Positions 41,903-52,088 of a stretch of DNA of 64,000 nucleotides are shown one piece after another. The translations under genes and the position numbers were made by a program. Position 1 is the stretch's first letter; each line of letters starts with the position of its first letter. Origin of the DNA: an uncultured Actinomycetota bacterium (GTDB taxonomy: Bacteria; Actinomycetota; Actinomycetes; Mycobacteriales; CADCTP01); assembly GCA_963770145.1 (NCBI GenBank), contig CAVYOJ010000002.1, positions 794,326 to 858,325 of the forward strand, written 5' to 3'. The notes below the pieces were generated by a model. It did no database searches. It saw only the letters and a list, made by a program, of their open reading frames with translations, and was not told where the DNA came from.

Positions 41903-42872
41903 ATGAGCGCACCGCAGCGCGCCCGCTCGCTGACCGTCGGCCTGATCGGGACCGGCCGGGTCGGCAGCGTCCTGGCCGCGGCCCTGGCCGCCGCCGGCCA
42001 CCGCATCGTCGCCGCCACCGGCGGCTCCCCCGACTCGCTCGACCGCGCCGACCGGCTGCTGCCCGGCGTGCCGCTGCTGCCCGCCGACGAGGTCGCGGCC
42101 CGGGCCGAGCTGGTGCTCGTCGCCGTACCGGACGACGTGCTCGGCCCGCTCGTCGCCGGGCTGGCCGAGCTCGGCGCCTGGCGCCCGGGCCAGCTGGTCG
42201 TGCACACCTCGGGCGCGCACGGCGCCGCGGTGCTGGCGCCCGCCGCCCGGGCCGGCGCCCGCACGGTCGCCATGCACCCGGCGATGACGTTCACCGGCGA
42301 CGCGGCCGACCTCGACCGGCTGGCCGGCACCAGCTTCGGGGTGACCACCGCGCACCCGGACGCCGCCCGCGCCCTGGTCGCCGAGCTCCGCGGCGAGCCG
42401 GTCGAGATCGCCGAGGCGGACCGCCCGCTCTACCACGCCGCGCTCGTCGTCGGCGCCAACTACCTGGTCACCCTCGTCAACGAGGCGGTCGACCTGCTCG
42501 CCCGGGCCGGCGTGCCCGAGCCGGGCCGGGTGCTCTCGCCGCTGCTGCACGCCGCGCTGGACAACGCGCTGCGCTCCGGCGACGCCGCCCTGACCGGCCC
42601 GGTCTCCCGCGGCGACGCCGGCACCGTGGCCGGCCACCTCGAGGTGCTCGGCGAGCGGGTGCCGGACGCGGTGCCCGGGTACGCGGCGATGGCCCGGCTG
42701 ACCGCCGGCCGCGCGCTGGCCGCCGGCCGGATCACGCCCAGCCAGGCCGCCCCGCTGGTCGACGTGCTGGCCGAGGCCGAGTCGCCGGCGCCCGGCCCGC
42801 GGGTGCACGCGGCCGGCACGCCCGCCCGACGTGGTCACCGCCCGGGTGCCGAGGCCGAGGCGACCGGAATGA
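41903..42872 (+). CDS. Rossmann-like and DUF2520 domain-containing protein (Rv3603c-like)
   Basis: [30 protein letters not shown] and TGPVSRGD. As given, it reads through in frame into panC. An ATGA overlap (TGA 42870-72) would be restored by a +1 shift in the last 80 nt or so. Confidence 0.8.
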
Positions 42873-43698
42873 CCGAGCTGGTCCGCACCCGGGCCGAGCT
42901 GGCGGCCGCGCGGGCCGGGGTGGCCGGCTCGCTCGCGCTGGTGCCGACCATGGGCGCGCTGCACGACGGCCACGCCGAGCTGATCCGGCACGCGGGCACG
43001 CTGGCCGACGCGGTCGCGGTGTCGCATCTTCGTCAACCCGCTCCAGTTCGGCCCGGCCGAGGACCTCGACCGCTACCCGCGCACCCTGGAGCGGGACCTG
43101 GAGCTGCTGGACCGGCTCGGCGTCGGCCTGGTCTTCGCGCCCGGCGCCGACCGAGATGTACCCCGACGGCCGCCCGGCGGTCACGGTCGACCCCGGCCCG
43201 CTCGGCGACCTGCTCGAGGGCGCGAGCCGGCCCGGCCACTTCGCCGGCGTGCTGACCGTGGTGACCAAGCTGCTCGGCCTGGTCCGCCCGGACGTCGCCG
43301 TGTTCGGCGAGAAGGACTACCAGCAGCTCGCGCTGATCCGCCGCACCGTCGCCGACCTGGAGCTGGGCGTCCGGATCGTCGGCGCCCCGACCGTACGGGA
43401 CCCGGACGGGCTCGCGCTGTCCAGCCGCAACCGCTACCTCAGCCCCGAGCAGCGGCAGCAGGCGCTGGCGCTGTCCCGGGCGCTGCGGGCCGGGGCCGAG
43501 GAGGGGCCGAGCGGCGCCGGCGCCGTGCTCAAGGCGGCCACCGAGGAGCTGCGCGGGATCGACGTCGACTACCTGGCCCTGCGCGGCGTCGATCTCGGCC
43601 CGGCGCCGGCGGCCGGCCCGGCCCGGCTGCTCGTCGCCGCCCGGGTCGGCACCACCCGGCTGATCGACAACGTGCCGCTGACGCTGGGACCGGCGTGA
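42869..43698 (+). CDS. panC: pantoate--beta-alanine ligase
   Basis: [37 protein letters not shown] and LSSRN. +1 shifts occur near 43028 (extra C in TCGCATC) and 43152 (extra C in GACCGAG). Confidence 0.92.
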
Positions 43699-45369
43699 GC
43701 GAGCGCGAGCGCTGGCAAGGCGGGCGGCACGTGAGCGACCCGCGCCTGCCCCGGCACCTGGCCGCTCCGGAGCCGGGCTGGACGCGCAGCACCGACGTGG
43801 TCGTGGTCGGCTCCGGCATCGCCGGGCTGTCGGCCGCGCTGCACGCGCGCGCCGCCGGCCATGCGGTCACCGTGGTCACCAAGGTCAACGTCGCCGACGG
43901 CTCGACCCGGTGGGCCCAGGGCGGGATCGCGGCCGCGCTCGACCCGGCCGACTCGCCGGCCGAGCACCTGGCCGACACGCTGGCCGCCGGGGTCGGGCTC
44001 TGCGACGAGGCCGCGGTGCGGGTGCTGGTCGAGGAGGGCCCGGGCCGGCTGCGCGAGCTGATCGAACGCGGCGCGGTGTTCGACACCGACCCGGACGGCG
44101 GCCTGGCGCTGACCCGGGAGGGCGGCCACCACCGCAACCGGATCGTGCACGCCGGCGGCGACGCGACCGGCGCCGAGGTGCAGCGCGCGCTGCGAGGAGG
44201 CGGTCGCCCGCGACCCCGGGATCACGCTGGTCGAGCACGCGCTGGTGCTCGACCTGCTGCCGCGGCGCCGACGGCCGGGCCGCCGGGGTGAGCCTGCACG
44301 TGCTCGGCGAGGGCAGCCCGGACGGCGTCGGCGCGGTGCTGGCCCGCGCGGTCGTGCTGGCCACCGGCGGGATGGGCCAGGTGTTCTCCGCGACCACGAA
44401 CCCGGCCGTGTCCACCGGCGACGGCGTCGGGCTGGCGCTGCGGGCCGGCGCGGTGGTCACCGACCTGGAGTTCGTCCAGTTCCACCCGACCGCGCTCTGG
44501 CTCGGCGCCGCCGCCCGCGGGCAGCAGCCGCTGGTCAGCGAGGCGGTCCGGGGCGAGGGCGCGGTGCTGGTCGACGCGGCCGGCAAGCCGTTCATGCAGG
44601 GCGTGCACGAGCTGGCCGACCTGGCCCCGCGGGACGTGGTGGCCAAGGCGATCCTGCGGGTCATGCAGGCCGAAGGGCTCGACCACGTCTGGCTGGACGC
44701 CCGCGGCCTCGGCCCGGACGCTGCTGGAGCGCCGGTTCCCGTCGATCCTGGCCCGCTGCCGGCAGGCCGGCGTCGACCCGGTCACCGAGCCGATCCCGGT
44801 GGTGCCGGCCGCCCACTACGCCTCCGGCGGCGTCCGCACCGACCTGCACGGCCGCACCAGCGTCCCCGGCCTGTACGCCTGCGGCGAGGTCGCCTGCACC
44901 GGCGTGCACGGCGCCAACCGGCTGGCCTCCAACAGCCTGCTGGAGGGGCTGGTGTTCGCCGGCCGGATCGGCGCCGACCTGGCCCGGGAGCTGCCGGCGC
45001 AGGCCGAGCCGGTGCCGGTCGAGGTGGAGACCGGCCTGGTCGACCCGGCCGGCCGGGAGGAGCTGGCCCGGCAGATGTCCGCCGGAGCCGGCGTGATCCG
45101 CACCGACACCAGCCTGCACGCGGCCGCCCTGGCGCTCGCCGCCGCCCGTACCGAGGGGCGTCGAGCCGCGGCCGGAGGCCTGGGACGCGACCAACCTGCA
45201 CACGGTCTCGACCGCCCTGGTCGCCGCGGCGGCCCGGCGCGAGGAGACCCGCGGCTGCCACTGGCGGGAGGACTTCCCGGACCGGGACGACGAGCGCTGG
45301 CACGGGCACCTGCTGGCGGCCCTCGGCATCGACGGGGTGCTCACCGAGACCTACCAGGCGGCCGGATGA
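43695..45369 (+). CDS. nadB: L-aspartate oxidase
   Basis: GTG 43695 overlaps the panC stop (GTGA). [42 protein letters not shown] and [15 protein letters not shown]. At least 4 +1 shifts (about 44195, 44265, 44715, 45160). Confidence 0.88.
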
Positions 45370-46253
45370 GCACGCGTGCGGACGAGCGAGGCGAGCAGCG
45401 GGATGAGCGAGCTGGATCGGGCGTACCTGGACGACCTCGTCCGGCGGGCGCTGGCCGAGGACCTGGCCGGCGGGGTGGACGTGACGTCGGCGGCGACCGT
45501 GCCGGCCGACCAGACCGCGGTCGGCGACCTGGTCGCCCGGGCGGCCGGGGTCGTCGCCGGCCTGCCGGTCGCCGCGGCAGTGTTCGCCGCGGTGGATCCG
45601 CGGGTGGTGGTCGAGCCGGCCGCCCGCGACGGGGACCGGGTCGCGAGCGGCGACGTGCTGGCCACCGTGACCGGCCCGACCCGCTCGCTGCTCACCGCCG
45701 AGCGCACCGCGCTCAACCTGCTCTGCCACCTGTCCGGGGTCGCCACCGCGACCGCGCGGTGGGTCGACGCGGTCGCCGGCACCGGTGCCGCGATCCGCGA
45801 CACCCGCAAGACCACGCCCGGCCTGCGGGCGCTGGAGAAGTACGCGGTGCGCTGCGGCGGCGGGCAGAACCACCGGATGTGCCTGTCCGACGCCGCGCTG
45901 GTCAAGGACAACCACGTGCTCGCCGCCGGCGGCGTGGGGAAGGCGTTCGCGCTGGTCCGGGCCGCGTACCCGGACCTGCCGGTGGAGGTCGAGTGCGACA
46001 CGGTGGCGCAGGTGCGGGAGGCGGTCGCGGCCGGCGCCGACCTGGTCCTGCTCGACAACATGACGCCGGCGGAGATGGCCGAGGCGGTCGCGATCACCCG
46101 GCCCGCGGGCGTACGGACCGAGGCCTCGCGGCGGGCTCACGCCTGGACCGGGCCGCCGCCGTCGCCGAGACCGGCGTCGACTACATCTCCGTCGGCGCGC
46201 TCACCCACTCGGCCCCGATCCTCGACATCGCCCTCGATCTTCGAGAAAGCTAG
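45366..46253 (+). CDS. nadC: nicotinate-nucleotide diphosphorylase (carboxylating)
   Basis: [41 protein letters not shown] and LLDNM. Two closely spaced insertions near 46110-46125 restore [30 protein letters not shown]. The start is ATG 45366 (ATGA overlap with nadB, needs one shift) or ATG 45403. Confidence 0.88.
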   Translation: MSTRADERGEQRDERAGSGVPGRPRPAGAGRGPGRRGGRDVGGDRAGRPDRGRRPGRPGGRGRRRPAGRRGSVRRGGSAGGGRAGRPRRGPGRERRRAGHRDRPDPLAAHRRAHRAQPALPPVRGRHRDRAVGRRGRRHRCRDPRHPQDHARPAGAGEVRGALRRRAEPPDVPVRRRAGQGQPRARRRRRGEGVRAGPGRVPGPAGGGRVRHGGAGAGGGRGRRRPGPARQHDAGGDGRGGRDHPARGRTDRGLAAGSRLDRAAAVAETGVDYISVGALTHSAPILDIALDLRES

Positions 46254-46257
46254 GACC

Positions 46258-47011
46258 GTGCTGCTCGCGGTCGACATCGGCAACACCAACACCGTGCTCG
46301 GCGTCTTCGACGGGCCGCACCTGGTCGAGTCCTGGCGGGTGAAGACCGACGCCCGGGACACCGCCGACGAGCTCGCGCCTGACCTATCGCGGGCTGCTCG
46401 GGTCGACCAAGGTCGACGGGGTGGCCGCCTGCTCGACCGTGCCGGCGGTGCTGGCCCAGCTGCGGATCATGCTGGAGCGCTACTACGCCCACCTGCCCGC
46501 GGTCGTCGTCGAGCCGGGCGTCCGGACCGGCGTCCCGCTGCTCTACGACAACCCCAAGGAGCTCGGCTCGGACCGGATCGTCAACGCGCTCGCGGCGTAC
46601 CACCTCTACGGCGGGCCGTCGATCGTCGTCGACTTCGGCACCTCCACGAACTTCGACGTCGTCAGCGCGAAGGGCGAGTTCGTCGGCGGCGTGCTGGCCC
46701 CTGGCATCGAGATCAGCATCGACGCGCTGGCGTCCCGGGCCGCCCGGCTGCTCAAGGTCGAGCTGGCCCGGCCGCGCGCGGTGATCGGCAAGAGCACGGT
46801 CGAGGCGCTGCAGTCCGGCATCCTGTACGGCTTCGCCGGCCAGGTCGACGGGCTGGTCCGCCGGATCGAGGCCGAGCTGGGCGCGCCGGCCACGGTGATC
46901 GCGACCGGCGGGCTGGCCCAGGTGGTGATCGAGGAGAGCGAGACGATCCAGCACCACGAGCCCGACCTCACGCTGGTCGGCCTGCGGCTGGTCTACGAGC
47001 GCAACACCTGA
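46258..47011 (+). CDS. coaX: type III pantothenate kinase
   Basis: VLLAVDIGNTNTVLGVF, GSDRIVNALAA, VVDFGTSTNFDVV and IATGGLA. A +1 shift lies near 46378. Confidence 0.9.
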
Positions 47012-47907
47012 GCCGCCGCGGCCGAGCCGAACGCGTCCAGCAGCGCCGTCACCGCCCTGGTCTCCAGCAGCGCCGGCCGGGTCACCGCGCACACCCGTCG
47101 GGCCGGCTCAGGGCCGTCGACCCGGCGGACCACGACGCCCGGCGCGGTGGCACCGAGGGCGAGCAGCGGGACCAGCGCGACCCCGAGCCCGGCCGCCGCG
47201 TAGCCCTGGGTGGCCGGGTATTCGTCCGCCTCGATCGCGTACCGCGGGGTGAAACCGGCGGCGACGCAGGCGTCGAGCACCTGCTGCTGGCAGTAGCCGG
47301 GCGCCGAGGCGGTGCCGATCCACGGCTCGCCGGCGAGGTCGGCCAGCCGGATCCGGGCCCGGTCGGCCAGCGCGTGGTCGGCCGGCAGCACCACCCGGTA
47401 CGGGTCGTCGAGCAGGTGCCGGCTGTGCAGGTCGGCGACGACGGTGGCGGGATCGCCCGGCGGCACGATGATCCCGACGTCGCAGCGCCCGCTACGGACC
47501 CGATCGACCGCCTCGTCCGGCTCGGCCACGGCCACGTCCACCGCCACCCCGGGGTGGTCCCGGCGGAAGTCCCGCACCGCGATCGGCACCAGCGACGCGC
47601 CCGCGGTGGAGAACGCGACCACCGACACCCGTCCGGTCCGGCCGTCCCGGAGCGCACCGAGCGCGGCCTCGGCCTCGTCGAGCCGGGCCAGCACGCCGGT
47701 CGCGTGGTCGGCGAGCAGCCGCCCGGCCGCGGTGGGCCGCAGTCCGCGCCCGGCCCGCTCGACCAGCGCCAGCCCGGCCTCCCGCTCCAGGGTGGCCAGC
47801 TGCTGGCTGATCGCGGACGGCGTGTACGACAGCCGGGCGGCGGCCCTGGTCACCGAGCCGGTCTCCACCACGGCCTGCAGGACCCGGAGGCGGCGTACGT
47901 CGAGCAC
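46993..47907 (-). CDS. LysR family transcriptional regulator
   Basis: GTG 47907. LDVRRLRVLQAVVETGSVTRAAARLSYTPSAISQQLATLERE is a LysR HTH, followed by a substrate-binding domain. Divergent from the EamA gene. Confidence 0.9.
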   Translation of the reverse strand: MLDVRRLRVLQAVVETGSVTRAAARLSYTPSAISQQLATLEREAGLALVERAGRGLRPTAAGRLLADHATGVLARLDEAEAALGALRDGRTGRVSVVAFSTAGASLVPIAVRDFRRDHPGVAVDVAVAEPDEAVDRVRSGRCDVGIIVPPGDPATVVADLHSRHLLDDPYRVVLPADHALADRARIRLADLAGEPWIGTASAPGYCQQQVLDACVAAGFTPRYAIEADEYPATQGYAAAGLGVALVPLLALGATAPGVVVRRVDGPEPARRVCAVTRPALLETRAVTALLDAFGSAAAAQVLRS

Positions 47908-47980
47908 CGGTCGAGTATTCAGCAGTGCTTCACGACGGTCCAGGTTTCGTCGCTTGTCCTTCACGATCGGCGGCGGCAGC

Positions 47981-48935
47981 GTGGATGCGGTGACGGCGAC
48001 GGTGGACCGGTCGGTCCGGGATGCGGGCGCGACCGGGCGGCCGAGGCTGCCCTGGCCGGTCCCGTTCGTGCTGCTGGCGGCGACCTGGGGCTGCTCGTTC
48101 TGGTTCATCAAGGAGGGACTGCGGTTCCTGCACCCGGTGCAGGTCGCCTGCGTGCGGTGCGTGCTCGGCGCGCTGGCGCTGCTCGCGCTGTCCGCGGCGA
48201 CCCGGGTGCCGCTGCCCCGCTCGGCCCGCACCTGGGGCCACCTGCTGGTGATGTCGCTGCTGCTCAACTCCGTGCCGCTGACCCTGTTCGCGTACGGGGA
48301 GACCGCGGTGTCCTCGATCCTCGCGGCGATCATCAACGGCGCGGCCCCGCTGACCACGCTGCTGGCGACCGTGCTGATCCTGCCCCGGGGAGCGTCTCGA
48401 CGCCGGCCGGGCGATCGGGTTGGTGATCGGCTTCGCCGGCGTGCTGACCGTGGTCAGGGCCTGGGACGGGGTCGGCGCCGGGCAGGGGCTCGGCGTGCTG
48501 GCCTGCGTCGGCGCGGTCTGCTGCTACGGGCTGTCCTTCCCGTACTCCCGGCGGTTCCTGCACCGGCCCGGCGACCGCCCGGTGGCGCTGGCGACCGGCC
48601 AGCTGGTCTGGGCCGCGGTCACGCTGCTGCCGTTCGGGATCGCGGCCGGCGGGACGACCGGACCGGTGACGGCCGGGCCGGTGCTGGCCATGCTGGCGCT
48701 GGGCGTGCTCGGCACCGGGGTCGCGTACGTCTGGAACTACCGGATGATCGCCGAGATCGGGCCGACCGCGGCCAGCACGGTGACCTACCTGGTGCCGGCG
48801 TTCGCCGTGCTGGTCGGGGTGGCGTTCCTGCACGAGCCGCTGACCTGGAACCTGCCGGTCGGCGGGGTCGTCCTGCTGGTCGGCGTGGCCGCCGCCCAGG
48901 GCCGGTTGCGGCGGCCGGCTCAGCGCAGCGTGTAG
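47981..48935 (+). CDS. EamA/DMT family transporter
   Basis: Ten TM segments in two EamA halves (LLAATWGCSFWFIKEGL..., VLACVGAVCCYGLSFPY...). A +1 shift near 48385 joins ORF 47312 frame to ORF 48420-48935. Confidence 0.82.
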
Positions 48936-49684
48936 CGCTGCACCGCGGCCACGTACGGCATGTAGAAGTGCTGCCGTCCGACCAGCTGCGGGTGGGTCCT
49001 GGCCAGCGTGCGGACCCGGCCGAGCAGCGCCGCCCGCTCGTCGGCCGGCAGCTGGATCGAGTAGCTGCGGGTGCCGACCAGCTCGGCCAGCGCGTCCGCA
49101 TCCAGCTCCTGCTGGTGCCGGAACTCGGCGAACGCCTCCGGCTCGAACGGCCCCATCACCCGCGGGTCCCGCTCCCGGTGTGCCTCGGCGTGCGCGCGGT
49201 GGTCGCCGATCAGCCCACTCAGCTCCCGTACCCACGCCACCGACCCGTCCCGGGAGTTGTAGAACAGCGCCATCCGTCCGCCGGGGCGCAGCACCCGGGC
49301 CAGCTCGGGCAGTGCCCGGTCCAGGTCGAACCAGTGGAACGCCTGGCCGACCGCGACCAGGTCGACCGCGGCGTCCGGCAGCGGCAGCTCCTCGGCGCTG
49401 CCGGCCAGCACCTGGGCCCGGGAGACGGTGTGCTTGAGCACCTTGAGCATGCCGGGCGCGGGCTCCACCGCGATCGTGGTCACGCCGGCCGCGCACAGCT
49501 GCCGGGTGAGCTTGCCGGTGCCGGCGCCGACGTCCAGTGCCCGCAGGTCCGGCCGGCCGCGCAGCGGCTGCAAGGCGAACTCGACCGCCTCCGCCGGGTA
49601 GTCGGGACGGGCGCGGTCGTACAGCACCGCGACCTCCGCGTCGGTCCAGGCGGTCCGTCCCGACCGGTCGGTCTCCACGACCAT
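48920..49684 (-). CDS. class I SAM-dependent methyltransferase
   Basis: Intact 254 aa. Motif [16 protein letters not shown], plus [12 protein letters not shown] and [12 protein letters not shown]. Confidence 0.85.
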   Translation of the reverse strand: MVVETDRSGRTAWTDAEVAVLYDRARPDYPAEAVEFALQPLRGRPDLRALDVGAGTGKLTRQLCAAGVTTIAVEPAPGMLKVLKHTVSRAQVLAGSAEELPLPDAAVDLVAVGQAFHWFDLDRALPELARVLRPGGRMALFYNSRDGSVAWVRELSGLIGDHRAHAEAHRERDPRVMGPFEPEAFAEFRHQQELDADALAELVGTRSYSIQLPADERAALLGRVRTLARTHPQLVGRQHFYMPYVAAVQRYTLR

Positions 49685-49742
49685 CGAGGCTACCCAGGGC
49701 TACCCACGGGCCGGCCAGGTTCGGCCGATAGGCTCGTCGGCC

Positions 49743-51275
49743 GTGACGCAGGCGCCCGCCGAGGGAGCGATCCCGGCCGTGATCGACGACGAGCAGGACC
49801 ACTCCGAGCAGGAGCTCGTTCGCCGGGAGAAGCTGGATCGGCTCAAGGAGACGGGCACCGACCCCTATCCGGTGACGGTGCCGCGGACCGCGACGCTGGC
49901 CGAGGTGGTCGGGCGCTACCCCGACCTGCCGCCGGACACCGCGACCGGCGACCGGGTCGGCGTGACCGGCCGGGTCATCTTCATGCGCAACACCGGCAAG
50001 CTCTGTTTCGCCACGCTGCGCGAGGGCGGCGCGTCCGGCACCGAGTTGCAGGCCATGGTCTCGCTGGACAAGGTCGGCCCGGAATCGCTGGCGGCCTGGA
50101 AGGCCGACATCGACATCGGCGACCACGTGTTCGTCTTCGGCGAGGTCATCACCTCCCGCCGCGGCGAGCTGTCCGTGCTGGTCGAGGAATGGCGGCTGAC
50201 CGCGAAGGCATTGCGCCCGCTCCCGGTCGCGCACAAGCCGATGAGCGAGGAGGCGCGGGTCCGGCAGCGCTACGTCGACCTCATCGTCCGGCCGGAGGCG
50301 CGCCGAATGGTCGAGGCCAGGGACCTGGTGGTCCGCACGATCCGCGCGGAGTTCCACCGGCGCGGCTTCGTCGAGGTGGAGACCCCGATGCTGCAGGTGC
50401 AGCACGGCGGTGCCGCCGCCCGGCCGTTCGCGACCCACAGCAATGCGCTCGACATCGACCTCTATCTGCGTATCGCGCCGGAGCTGTTCCTCAAGCGGGC
50501 GGTGGTCGGCGGGATCGAGAAGGTCTTCGAGGTGAATCGGAACTTCCGCAACGAGGGCGTGGACGCCACGCACTCGCCGGAGTTCGCCATGCTCGAGGCG
50601 TACGAGGCGTACGCGGACTACAACTCGATGGCGACGCTGTCCCGGGAGTTCATCCAGGCCTGTGCGGTCGCGCTGTCCGGCGAGACTGTTGTGACACATT
50701 TCGACGGCACCGAATACGATCTCGGTGGCGAATGGGCATCGATCCGTCTGTACGACGCAGTATCGAACGCAGTGGATGAGGAGGTGACACCGGCCACACC
50801 CTTGCACCGTCTGCACGAGATCGCGGAACGGTATGGCGTCGAGGCGAATCCTGCTTGGGTTCCGGGCAAGGTGGTCGAGGAACTGTTCGAGGCCCTGGTT
50901 CAGCACACTCTTGTCGCCCCGACGTTCGTCCGGGACTTTCCACTGGACACCTCGCCGTTGGTTCGTGCACACCGCACGGATCCCGGCTTGGCCGAGAAGT
51001 GGGACCTCTACGCCGCCGGTGTCGAGCGCGGCACCGGATATTCGGAGCTGTCGGACCCGGTCGTGCAGCGGGCCCGGCTGGTGGAACAGGCCAAGCAGGC
51101 CGCGGCGGGCGATCCCGACGCGATGCAACTGGACGAGGACTTCCTCCGGGCACTGGAGTACGGGATGCCACCGACCGGTGGTATCGGATTCGGTATCGAC
51201 CGCCTTCTGCAGTTGCTCACCGGTGCCCGCGGTCTTCGCGAGACGATCCTCTTCCCGTTGGTGCGACCCTCCTAA
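49743..51275 (+). CDS. lysS: lysine--tRNA ligase (class II)
   Basis: Intact 510 aa. OB-fold N-domain and class II motifs ([26 protein letters not shown]). The last 600 nt or so have visibly lower GC3 (see findings). Confidence 0.95.
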   Translation: MTQAPAEGAIPAVIDDEQDHSEQELVRREKLDRLKETGTDPYPVTVPRTATLAEVVGRYPDLPPDTATGDRVGVTGRVIFMRNTGKLCFATLREGGASGTELQAMVSLDKVGPESLAAWKADIDIGDHVFVFGEVITSRRGELSVLVEEWRLTAKALRPLPVAHKPMSEEARVRQRYVDLIVRPEARRMVEARDLVVRTIRAEFHRRGFVEVETPMLQVQHGGAAARPFATHSNALDIDLYLRIAPELFLKRAVVGGIEKVFEVNRNFRNEGVDATHSPEFAMLEAYEAYADYNSMATLSREFIQACAVALSGETVVTHFDGTEYDLGGEWASIRLYDAVSNAVDEEVTPATPLHRLHEIAERYGVEANPAWVPGKVVEELFEALVQHTLVAPTFVRDFPLDTSPLVRAHRTDPGLAEKWDLYAAGVERGTGYSELSDPVVQRARLVEQAKQAAAGDPDAMQLDEDFLRALEYGMPPTGGIGFGIDRLLQLLTGARGLRETILFPLVRPS

Positions 51276-51346
51276 CACCGCGCTGCTTGGCGATTCCGGC
51301 GGGTTATGAATATGCTGTTCTGACCCCACTCCGGAAAGAGGAACAC

Positions 51347-51697
51347 ATGGCACAGAAAGTCCAGGTGCTGCTTGTCGACGACCTCGATGGCGGCGAGGCC
51401 TCGGAAACCGTCAGCTTCGCGCTGGACGGCAACAACTACGAGATCGACCTGTCCGGGAAGAACGCGACCGAGTTGCGCGACTCGTTCGCGAAGTACGTCG
51501 GGGCGGCGCGGAAGGTCGGCCGCTCGACGAGCTCGTCCGGCGGCCGGTCCGCCCGGCGCAGCGGCGGCACCAGCACCGCGATGGATCGCGACCAGGCGGC
51601 CGCCATCCGGTCCTGGGCGAAGAAGCAGGGCCTCAAGGTCAGCGACCGCGGCCGGATCCCGGCCACGATCATCGAGCAGTACAACCAGTCCGCCTGA
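51347..51697 (+). CDS. lsr2: nucleoid-associated protein Lsr2
   Basis: RBS AAAGAGGAA. MAQKVQVLLVDDLDGGEASETVSFALDGNNYEIDLS is the dimerisation domain. IRSWAKKQGLKVSDRGRIPATIIEQY carries the RGR AT-hook-like DNA-binding motif. Confidence 0.92.
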   Translation: MAQKVQVLLVDDLDGGEASETVSFALDGNNYEIDLSGKNATELRDSFAKYVGAARKVGRSTSSSGGRSARRSGGTSTAMDRDQAAAIRSWAKKQGLKVSDRGRIPATIIEQYNQSA

Positions 51698-51825
51698 GCC
51701 GTCCGCCCGCCTGGGCGGCGCGGTTGCGGGGGTGGGCGCGGACCACGGAGCGCCGGGGAGCTTTCCCGGCGCTCCGCCATGTCCGGACCATCCCAGGGGG
51801 CGGCAACGGGCGCAGCTTGGTAACT

Positions 51826-51842
51826 GTTCGCCATGGGCGTAC
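51826..51842. promoter_or_regulatory. ClgR-type operator-like palindrome upstream of clpC1
   Basis: GTTCGCC-ATG-GGCGTAC has one mismatch to the Streptomyces ClgR box as I recall it (GTTCGCY-N3-RGCGAAC) and contains the CGC-N5-GCG core. It lies 247 nt upstream of the clpC1 ATG. Confidence 0.45.
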
Positions 51843-52030
51843 CCGCGGGTGGAACGGCGCGCGGTACCACTGAGTTGCGCTGGTACGGCGGCAGACGGGC
51901 CGGCACAGCCGGCGTACGGCCCGCGAACGGGGCTGCCTCCCCCGACCATGGGGGAAGGACGGCGACACCGGTCGCGACTAAAGTGGGAAGGGCACCAGGG
52001 GCGCCGAGGCCCGGGAACCAGTCCCGGACG

Positions 52031-52073
52031 GTGCCCTCCCTCGACGGAGAGGGAACCCTCCGAGGGAGGGCAC
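52031..52073 (+). promoter_or_regulatory. 13-bp perfect stem-loop in the clpC1 5-prime leader, abutting the RBS
   Basis: GTGCCCTCCCTCG (52031-43) and CGAGGGAGGGCAC (52061-73) enclose a 17-nt loop. The loop itself contains GAGGG-AA-CCCTC. The RBS GAGGAG follows at 52076-81 and the ATG is at 52089. Confidence 0.5.
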
Positions 52074-52088
52074 GTGAGGAGATGACAC

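Noticed and set aside
47908-47980. LysR T-N11-A box in the LysR/EamA divergent region (AGCAGTGCT palindrome at 47921-47929).
   Set aside because: Only a 9-bp palindrome is present and I could not place a convincing T-N11-A motif around it. It is plausible but not supportable from sequence alone.
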